Assembly (NCBI GenBank): GCA_020891255.1
Contig: BQFW01000014.1
Coordinates: 1,674,001 to 1,738,000 of the forward strand
Direction of reading: 5' to 3'
Length of the DNA: 64,000 nucleotides
Source: Entomortierella parvispora E1425
Lineage: Eukaryota > Fungi > Mortierellomycota
Below the pieces are notes generated by a model. That model did no database searches and had not been told where the DNA came from. It saw nothing but the letters and a program-made list of their open reading frames with translations. Shown here one piece after another: positions 54,739 to 64,000 of the stretch. Positions within the stretch are counted from its first letter, which is position 1, and every line of letters starts with the position of its first letter. The translations under genes were made by a program, and so were the position numbers.

Positions 54739-56155
54739 TTACTCGGTCTTTGGCTTTTGTGAATAGATACGGTTCATATGAGGACCCTATACGATGAATA
54801 ATGAACAGAAAAGACGTATCAGTCATCCGGATCGACGCACGACAAGGGATACATATCAAACCTCCTTCTTCAGAAAACAAGGTGCACCGTACCTCAAAGA
54901 ACAAGACCGAAACCCAAAAGATAATGTACATATCGGCAGCCAAGACGTAGCCGATCAACGACTGGTAATAAATGGCAGTGCCGACGAGCGACAAGGTGGT
55001 GCCGACGTACTGAGGATCGCTCATGTACTGGTAAGGACCATCTGTGACAGGAGCATCAAAGAGGAATCCAAAGCTGTCGCCGTTGTACATTCCTTTGATT
55101 CCGAGCGACTATAGAAAGAGAGGAGAAGCCGTCAAGGGTCAATGTGAGGTTGTGTCAAAGACGGTTCTCCTGTAGGTGTGCGCCATTTTTTTTTTAGGTT
55201 CTTTTCTTTACCTTCAAAGTCCACAAGTTCAACAACGCGCCAGAGACAAAGCACACGGCGCCAAGAACAGTTGCTACGGCAGCAGGGAAAATGATAAACT
55301 ATTACGAACGGGACAGAGTGGTGATCGCCCAAAAATGGTCAGCGACAATATCATTCATGATTAGATCCTGTTCAGATGGATCAAGTATAGTCAAAAAGGA
55401 AGCTTACAGATCCTGCATCAGGACCAACGGCCAAGTGAATGAAGTGGTCGCGGACAAGGGCACTGAGGATCAAGTAGACGGCGTAAAAGTAGATGGCGTT
55501 CTTTCCGATGGCCTATTTTTTTTTTTTTTTTTTTTTTTTTTTGTGGGGGACCAAAAGCCAGCAAGTTAGCATCACGTGGAGGACCACTGTTCATTGTTTT
55601 TCTTGTATTCCCGTCCGTTGGGAATCTTTTTCAGCCTCGAAAAATTACCTTTGTGAACCCATGAGTGTTGTATTCAAAGCGTGCCGTTACGTTGTAGTTG
55701 GCAACATGAAGAATCATGGACACTAGCAAGGGTAGACGATGGTGAAAAAGAGTCCCAGTAAGTACAAAAAAAATATCATTTCAGCGAAGGGAAGGGGCCA
55801 CCTTGGAATGAATCCCAGAGCACTCTTTTTTTTTTTTTGCCCCAGAAATTTAAGTGAGGTCCAAAGTCCGTCGTTTCGGTCGCCGGTAGTTGAAAGGGTC
55901 TTTCTGTCATTCCTTCTTTTTGTCGCATCGTGAGGTGTAAAAAATGAAAACAACACTCAAGACCAAAGTTCCTGGGAAGAGGAGATTCCGTCCTCAAGAT
56001 CCATTACAGGGACGGCCCTGGTTTTTTTTCTACCTGTCCTTACAAATGGCGATCTGGCATGCAGGCGTGTTGATCTTGTTCCACAAAAACTCCATGAACT
56101 CTGGGGAATGGAGAGCTGCAAATGAGACCTCGAATGAATCGGTAGGAACGCCCAT
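54739..56155 (-). CDS. Phospholipid N-methyltransferase (PEMT/OPI3 family), divergent, 6 exons
   Basis: Spliced product has 'ANYNVTARFEYNTHGFTK', 'LSALVRDHFI', 'LGIKGMYNGDSFGFLFDAPVTDGPYQYMSDPQYVGTTL' and 'FFE|GPHMNRIY', collinear with Opi3. Confidence 0.85.
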
Positions 56156-56353
56156 GGTTGCAAAAAGTCGACGGTTGAAGACGGGAGTGGATTGAAGAGA
56201 AGAAGAAAAGAGAAGACCAGAGAACAAATGAGACCAACAAGGCACGCGCATTCCATTCCTTTGGGGGAATATTTTCTCGCACGCGTCCTGAAGGCGCACA
56301 GTCACTGAGATCTTGTGTCAATTGGCACATGGGATCAGCCAAAGTTCATTTTA

Positions 56354-58305
56354 TTATTGTTGCTGTGTGGTGGTATCATCCGTCTTCCGTGCATCCTCCT
56401 CCAGTTCTACACTCTCCTCTCCCTCTTCTTCCTCGTCTCCAAAGTCAAATCCAAAACTGAACCCTCCAGCACCTGAGGCCTCCTTCTCCACCTCTGAGGA
56501 TCCATCGGCGCGGCCCGTCTCTGATCCCGCAGCACCAAGCTTGGCTTGCTCCCAGAATGAAAGTACCTCAGGTCCTCCAGTTTCGTCGCTAGGTTCTCCT
56601 TTGCATCTCTTCACAGACCTGGAAATCCGCTCAATTTCCTCCTCATTCTCGATCCAGAGCGCCATCAATTGCTTTCGCTTCTCCAGTTCTGCTGTTGTCA
56701 AAGGCTGCCCATTCTGATCCACCGGTGAAGCGCTATCGTTCTTTTCATCTGATGTAACATCCGTAGGGGGGGTCCAATTGCTCTTGAAGAAGGCTTCCTT
56801 GAACTCTTCAAACAGCCCCTCCTTACGTTCCTCCGAAACGCCCGAGACTTGGTCACGCTTGAAGTACAGGAACTGCATGGTCTCTTTCAAGTTCTGGGAT
56901 CCAACATAGTTCTGAGTGACTGCAATACAGTCGTCCAGGTTCACAACCGCATGCCACCATCCTCGAGGCACAAACATGATTTCGCCCTCGCGACAAATAC
57001 CCTCCAGTGGTCGCTCGAGAGGATCGTCAGACATTTGTGTCGCAGCGTAAAAGTTACTGAACCATTCCATCAGTGACACTGGCGAGGTGACCTCAGATTC
57101 GTCTATTGGATTTGTCAAAAGTTAGGTTCCCATCCTAGAAGAGGACATACGTAGAACAGAAGGAGTCAAAGCAAACGACGTACCTTCGTTCGTAAAGACA
57201 CCGGGGGGCAGAATGTGAGGTGGGAACATGATCCACTTTTTGGATCCTGTAATGACAGCGTTCCAGGCAGAGGTGGCGTTTGGATCCTATTAAAGAAAAG
57301 CACGAACCATTAGTTATCTTTTGGGTTCTCTCTTAATTTCACCATCGCCATCCTTTAGCCTACCTTATGAAAGGTTGATCCAGATCGAGCAGGTCCAACA
57401 ATCAACCACCGGTAATCGGGTCTCTGGAGTCCCATCATTCCAAAGAAATCTTCCCGAAAGTACACTGGGACCTCCATGTCGTCCAGGATTCCCTCGCAGC
57501 GTTCTCCGAATTTCTTGTCAAACAAGTACAGTGGACTCTCATCCTGGGTGCCCTCTGCATACTTGAAGTAGTTCTTTAACGTCATATCCACCGACTCTGC
57601 TCGCAGGACCGCATCTGGCCAAGTCTTCAAAAAGTAGTCCGTCGACCATTTGGTCATGGCAGGCCAATGCTTGGCTCCGTCCGTAATGATCACAGGATTT
57701 CCAGGGCGTTCATAGTCGTTGATAAAGTCCTCGAGACTCAGATTGGATCGACGATCAATGTTCTCGACCGAGATGTAGGGATCCATTCCGATGGCGGCAC
57801 AGTAAAAAGGTTGAAAGAGTACATCCGAGTAAAAATTCTTCATCTTGAGTTGTTCCCGGTTCTTGAGGATCCATGAAGGATCGTAACGAGAGTCTGATCG
57901 CTTCAGGAACGTGGCCCTCCAGGTATCATCTTGCCATTCCCAGTTTCCTTTGTACCGATCGATCAAGAGCGTCTTCCACATCTCGTCCAAATGCGTGAGA
58001 CCATAGAGCACTCTTGAGGTGGCGCCAAGAGTGAGAAGATCTTCAGGTGAGAGTAGGTTGAGGATCTCCATCACAATCTCGTCCGTCACTTGAGAGAGGC
58101 GGCCTAGAGAGGGTCCTCGGCAAGAGCCTGTGAAGCCCGGTCGGGTGGCATCCATGTAATAGTTGCCCAATGGTTTGATGCCCAATGGATGTTGCAATCC
58201 CATGAAATGCTTTGTGGTCATTTTAGGTTTCTCATGGCGGATAATGAACCGCTGCTTCTTGGCAGCAGGCTGTGTAGAGGGAGCTGGGGGCTCGCGAGTG
58301 ACCAT
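56354..58305 (-). CDS. F-box + JmjC domain protein (JMJD6-related), 3 exons
   Basis: F-box 'VTDEIVMEILNLLSPEDLLTLGATSR'; JmjC 'WLIVGPARSGSTFHK|DPNATSAWN...KKWIMFPP' and 'FVPRGWWHAVVNLDDCIAVTQNYV'; HxD...H iron ligands intact. Confidence 0.93.
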
Positions 58306-58448
58306 GGCGATGCTGCTTGTTACTGAAAGAAAGTTCAATGAAAAAGGACACATGTGTAATTTTTTTTCATTGTTTTTGTGACTGGCACTATGGTGAATGG
58401 TTGGTGGCAACGTGGTGTTTCTGTTCCTGGTGAACGAACACGCGCAGT

Positions 58449-59859
58449 TTACTTCATGAGCTCAAACAGCTTCAACGCCTTGGAACCAGCCTCGGCCACA
58501 ACATCATCCTTGTCTTCATCATCATCGTCGTCGTCATGGCGCGACTCGAACAACTTGACGGCCTCAGCCATGGCCATACCAGCCAGCACGGCCTTCATCT
58601 CTCCGTGGGAGACCTTCTTGCCCTCCTTCTCCTGGTGCTCCTCATACTTCTTCATGGCCTCGTAGGCAGCTAGAGTGGCAAAACGGATATCAAAAATGGT
58701 CGTTGTCAGCAACAAGAGTAATTTAAAAGTCAAAACTCCCCAAAACGAAAATAAAAAAAGACAAAAATAACCAAAAAGAATCCCATGTCGAACATCAATC
58801 CTCCTTACCAGCGGCAGCAATGGCCTGGTGCTTGCGCGAAGACGACTTGCGCTCCTTCTTTTCCTTCTCCTTCAACTTTTGTGCCTGTTGCTCAGGAGTG
58901 GGAGGCGCCTTGAGTTGCCACCACTTTCTCTTGGCCGCCTTGGCAGCAGCGGCGGCCGCAGCGTCAGCAGCCTCCTGCTCAGCCTTTTGCTTCGCCTGCA
59001 ACTCGGCCAGGACGCGGGCCTGTTCAGCCTCGGCCTCCTTCTGCTTCGCCAACTTGCGCTCAGCATGGGAGCGACGTGGGTGGCAACCCCACCAGTCTCC
59101 AAACTTCTTCTTGTCAGCCTCCTCATCGGCGACCTTATCGACGACATGGTCCTGGTTGTAGAGAGCGCGATGGGCCTCCTTCATCTCCTTGGGGTCGACC
59201 TTGGGGGCCAATCTCTTGCGCTGTCGGCTCTCGAGTCTCTCTTGTTCCGTCTTCTTGTCCGAGTCCGAGTCCGAGTCGGAATCGTATTCATTGTCATCCT
59301 CGTCAAACCTTTCCTTGACACGGGCGGCCATCCTTTGGAAATAATTCTTCTTTTCCAAAAGGTCAGCATCGTCGCCCTGGACACCGAGGTGCTTGAGGGC
59401 AGCATCCGCGGGGACGCTGATCGAGACACCATCGTCCTCCTCCTCATCGTCGTCCTGGGCTTTGGAGCCATGGGTCTTGTGTACGAGCTTGTCCCAGAAA
59501 CTGCGGTCGGCTTTCTGACCTGTGGGGATGGCCTTGTTGACAGTCTTGACCTTCCACTTTTCATCCTTGGGAGGAACTTTTTTATTGGTGAGGGAAAAAG
59601 GGGGCGACGAACGATGAAAAACGCGTGTTATTATTTTTTGGGCTGTTCTGTTTCGTTAACCTTGACCGTTTTGCGTTGCCACCTTATTTTCTGCATGAGG
59701 GCAAGCATGAATGAATGGACATGGCGTACCTGGAGGGGGCACATCTTCGACAGGAGGATCGCTCTTGAGATGCAGCGCCTGCTCGACAGAGTGCCAGGCC
59801 TGCTTGAACACGTTCTCTTCCTTCTCGGGCTTGTTGTCGGCTTCAGGGCGAGCGAGCAT
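58449..59859 (-). CDS. Charged hydrophilic protein with a C-terminal CipC-like (DUF3759) domain, 3 exons
   Basis: Spliced C-terminus 'HQAIAAA|AAYEAMKKYEEHQEKEGKKVSHGEMKAVLAGMAMAEAVKLFE' resembles CipC. Confidence 0.7.
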
Positions 59860-60427
59860 GGTTGGAGACAGGGGAGGAAAGGGGTGCGGGTGCGGGGGTG
59901 CTTTTTGGGGTGGGAAAGTAAAGAGGGAAAAGAAAAGAATGAGAATGAGAATGAAAGGAAAGGTGGGAAAGGAGATGCGCTCTTTTGCTGAGCCCTTGTC
60001 GGCTCTGCCTTGTTTGCCTTCAAGAGGGGAGAAGTGATGACTGCACACTGCACACTGAACACTACACTAAAAAAGAAGCTTATGTACGCTTGTTTGTGTG
60101 CCCTGTAACACACCCGCGGTGGTTTGACACCCCAGGGATTCAAGGCGCTCTCGTCCAGTGTTCTTGGGGGAGTGCACAAATGGTCCGAGGAGAGCCTGGA
60201 CTCGCTCGCTCGTCTTCTCTCGTCTTCTCTCGTCTTCCTTTTCTTTCTCTTCTCTCGCTGCCAAGTCGCGTTCTTGTGTCTCTCCTCTTCATAGAGAACG
60301 CGCTCCTTTGGCGCTATGCCCTCACCATGACAGTCAACAAGGAAGCCTTTCAACAATGGGTTTATTGGCTTAGTGAAATATACAGGTGGTAGGGGGTGGA
60401 GGGAACTACATCTAGCAAAGAAATACC

Positions 60428-63400
60428 CTAGTCATCGCGATCGCTATCTCCTTCCGTTCCACCGTCATCATCTCGATGACGATGTCGATGACCCCCCTCG
60501 AAATCATCCTCTCCTTGATCAGAGTAGTAGCGATCGCGGTGCTCACGGTCATCCGAAGACCGCTTCTTGTGCTTCTTGTGCTTCTTACTCTTCTTGTGCT
60601 TCTTGTGCTCCTTGTGGTCGCGATGACCATCTCGGTTCCGTTCACGGTCCCGATCACGGCTGCGGCTACGGTCCCGCTCGCGATCGCGGTCCAGGTCCAA
60701 CTCTCGGTCGCGACTATCGCGATGCTCCTTGTGGCTACGAGAGGATGAACCAGGGCTGCTCTTGTGAGAACGATGGCTGCTGCTGTGGTGGCGATGCTCC
60801 TTTCTGGAGGACGTCGATGATCCATACTCTTCTGAATAGGATCGCTCCGTCTTTCTCTTTTTACTGCCAGAGCTGGACCTACGATCCCGATCATCGTTCA
60901 ATGCATCGTCGTCACTGCCGTCAGAGCTATCGACCTCTGCCTCCTCATACTCTCGTCTCCTCTTCTTATGTCCAGAATCACTGTCGTGGCGCGAGGACGG
61001 ATGACTGGTGGTTGGCACAGGAGGAGGAGACATCAAATGGGGCGCCTGCAGGCGAATTGGAATTGGTCCAGCGGGCAGAGGCGCAGCTCTGTCGTCATCA
61101 TCATCCTCAGGATCAGAGAGATCACTTCCACTAGAGTACTCCTGCTTACGTCCATGTTTGTTACTGCTGCTGGAGTGATGGTGCTGGCTCTTGGAGGAAG
61201 ACGAACCACCAAATGTGGAACCCTGCTGGCTTGCAGGTGTCGCACTCGCTGAAGCAGACCCATGTTTGTGGGAGTTGCCACCAACAGGTGTTGCAACATT
61301 ACGCAAAGAAGTCGCTGCTGGAGTAGATGAGCCACGGCGACCCTGCGGATGGTGATGCGGAGAAGCGAGACCAGGCACTGTAACGGTCGACGCCGAAGGA
61401 ATATATGCCGGAACAAACTTGAAGTTTGTGGCGTTCGATTTAGGAGACGCAGTCTGCAGCTTCTTTGGCGTCGCCGTCGGAGAATCCACCTTGTGTTTCG
61501 TGACTGGACTGGCAGTGGGCGCTGGAGAGGATACTGACGACTTTGAAAGGAGTAGGCCTTCTTTCTTGACCATATTCTCCCAGACTTTCTTTAGTCGATC
61601 GCCCATGGCAGCTACTGGATCTCCAGGATGTGAGTTGAAGAAGGCACAATTAGAGAAAACCAGACGGACATCGTGAATAACCTCCTCTCCCGATCGATAG
61701 GCTCCTGACACCAGATTTTGCTCGATAGTACCAAAGTCCATAGGCCGCTTGATGATATCAAAGTAGGTGGGGATGCCCAGGGCGATCGGATCGACCGGCA
61801 CAGCGAACACTCCAAAGTCTAGGTTCAGCTTGAGTTTTTCGATGATCCTCTTGTGAGCACTGAGTTCATCATTGGCCAAGCCCTTGGAACTTCCCGAGCC
61901 TCCGCCACCGCTGCCAGCGCCAGGCGAGGAGTTGATGGTACTTGTTGGGTACAACCGTGCGAGCTCCTTTTTGGCATTCTCGAGCTCCTTGATGAGCAAG
62001 GTTTGAATAATAAGGCCACCTTGAGAAAAGGGATGCTCCAAGCCATTGAAATTGACGCAGTTCTGGCAGACAAGCCGAACATCGTCGGCAAAGTCGTCTA
62101 GTGTTGGGTATTTACTGGCGGTCAACTTTTCGCGAATTGTCCTGAAATCCATCGGTTTCTTGATCAAGTCTGGATAGTTTGGCAAATTCAAGGCCACATA
62201 GTCCACCTGCGTAATGCGCAAACAAAGGATGGTCAGAATACATTACAACTTCTAGCCAAAAAAAAAAAAAAAAAAAAAACTCGACCAAAAATAAAATACA
62301 CGTACCGGCTTCTGGAAGGGCGTAGCATGCTTGTGGGCCACAATCTTCTTTAAGATTTTGTCCATGAACTTTTCAAGATCTGCGCGGGAGGGTTCGACTG
62401 CTTTGCCAGCCTTTGGCTTGGAACTCACTGAGGGTCGTCGAGCTCCACCTCCACTGGATGCTGCTGCATCGACAGACTTGGACTTGGAACTGGTCTCCTC
62501 CACCTTTCCAGCTTTGCTCTTTGCCTTTGCTGGCGCCTCGTTGACGACCACACCGGACTTTGAGTGACTTCCTCGACCAAATGCTGCATCCCACTCTGTC
62601 ACCATCAGTGCTTCGAGCGCGTCCGCTTGGTTCACTACGTATGTACCCCTGGGATTAAACTTGCGGCAGTTGAAGATAACCAGCTCAATGTCTGCTCGCA
62701 CCTCCTGTGCATTATGGTATTCATCTCCCTTCAGCTTTTTGGTAATTGTACCAAGATCCATGGGGTGGGTGATGATCTTGGGGTACAGAGGGATTCCCTG
62801 CCTCTCTGGATCGACGGGCTGCAAGAACTCGAATGCACAGGGAGCACTCATGAGCTTTTTCAAGACATCCTTACATTTTGAAACGTCCGATGACTTGAAT
62901 TTTGCAGCCGGAACGTCAGCACCATTGTGTCCATGAGGCGCAGACTTCTCTTTGGTGGTATGAGCAATAACAGGTGAGGAGACTGGGCCCAAGGATACCA
63001 GAGGTGGAACGTGAGTACCAGCTGGCACGGGTTTTGATACTGAGGATTTCCGGGGTGCTGGCGGCAATGCTCCTGCATCCACCCTGGGCACAGATGACTT
63101 TGATGAGACCTGCGCGAGAGGGAGTGGGGCTGAGGATGAAGATATGCTTGCTTTCTTCGGTGTCTCCACAATGGTGATGTTCAGCTCAGGCACGGTGGCG
63201 CCAGCGCTGACCAAAATATCGGTCCACTCTTTCTCAAAAACCGTCTCCAACTCTTGGCCTTCGTTGTAAACATATGTGCCAATTTGGTTGAACTTGAAGC
63301 AGTTGTTGATCATGAGCCGCACATCCTCCTCAAACGACAGCAAGCTGCCATAATTTCCACCGTCAAGCTTGCTCTTGATGGTTCCGAGATCCATTGGATG

Positions 63401-64000
63401 CTTCACGATGTCAGGATACGTTGGGATATTTTCGGCGATGGGATCCACTGGCGAACGGAAATGAAGAGATGACTTATGGGCCACCATCTTCTTCCAAACT
63501 CTGCGACATTGTCGAACATGCTCCGGAGGCATAGTCTGTACTGCCTTCTTAGGTCGATCCTCGGATTGGACTTTAGGCAGTACCGGTGCGGCGACGCTTT
63601 TCTCAACCACTGGAGGAGGAAGCGAGACATCCTTAGGGACTGGAAGCGGCTTAGGCTTGATGTCCGTCTTCTTTGTGGGGGATTTCACGAATTTGAACTC
63701 TGATGGCGCCTTGGGTACAAGCTTGGGTGAGGTCAGGGGTTCCTCCTTAACCTGTGGTAGCGAAACAGGCAAAGGCTCCGCTTCCTTTGGAGGTGGCGCC
63801 AATGTAACTTTTCCTGCAAGGGCTATTTTTGATCAACAAAGATATATTAGTGGCGGCGACGTTAAAAAAAATCGATGAAATCCATAGACAACTTTCGTAC
63901 CTGGTTCATAAACTGGAACTGCAGCAGGAGCCTTCGCTTTTACAGCCTTTGGTGCTTTGGGTACATCTGGCTTTGTTTTTGGCGGCTTTGGAGTCACAGG
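60428..64000 (-). CDS. Multi-bromodomain protein, C-terminal part with four bromodomains (possibly a TAF2-bromodomain fusion); 5' end lies beyond the window
   Basis: Four 'F..PVD....P.Y..I...PMD..TI...L....Y.....DV.L...NC..FN' units, then an S/R/D/H/K-rich tail 'HKEHKKHKKSKKHKKHKK'. Confidence 0.88.

Noticed and set aside
58828-59991. 387-aa plus-strand Leu-rich ORF
   Set aside because: It is antisense to the charged CipC-like gene and runs through its intron and promoter; it is a compositional mirror.

Overview
Gene-dense, intron-rich fungal nuclear DNA. Gene repertoire, intron style, poly-Q tracts and poly-T/A tracts suggest an early-diverging fungus, probably Mortierellaceae (Mucoromycota); this taxon is inferred. 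I can support about 28 protein-coding genes: a TM2-domain gene (partial), CYRI/FAM49, a HAC1/XBP1 bZIP, an SDR, a MAPR cytochrome-b5-like protein, NUF2, SMC3, an M35 peptidase homologue, ATG17, an RRM protein, RIC8, eIF4G, three F-box genes (one with RPEL repeats, one with JmjC), an aquaporin, IMG2/MRPL49, RPS6, a UBE2E-type E2, a divergent PEMT/OPI3, a CipC-like fusion, a four-bromodomain gene (partial) and several low-complexity hypothetical proteins. I found no rRNA, tRNA or CRISPR. Best finding: a complete IRE1-type unconventional splicing signal in the HAC1/XBP1 gene. It has a 47-nt intron, two 7-nt CNG|CAG loops, an outer stem and two overlapping open frames. Its 5' cleavage hairpin can only form after a 90-nt spliceosomal intron inside the stem is removed. 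Second: a secreted, intronless Lys-metalloendopeptidase (M35) homologue that has lost its propeptide and every zinc and catalytic residue, lying next to a possible Crypton relic. Third: an F-box + RPEL + RVxF-like protein. Exon boundaries were read by eye. Family calls come from motif recognition, not database searches.
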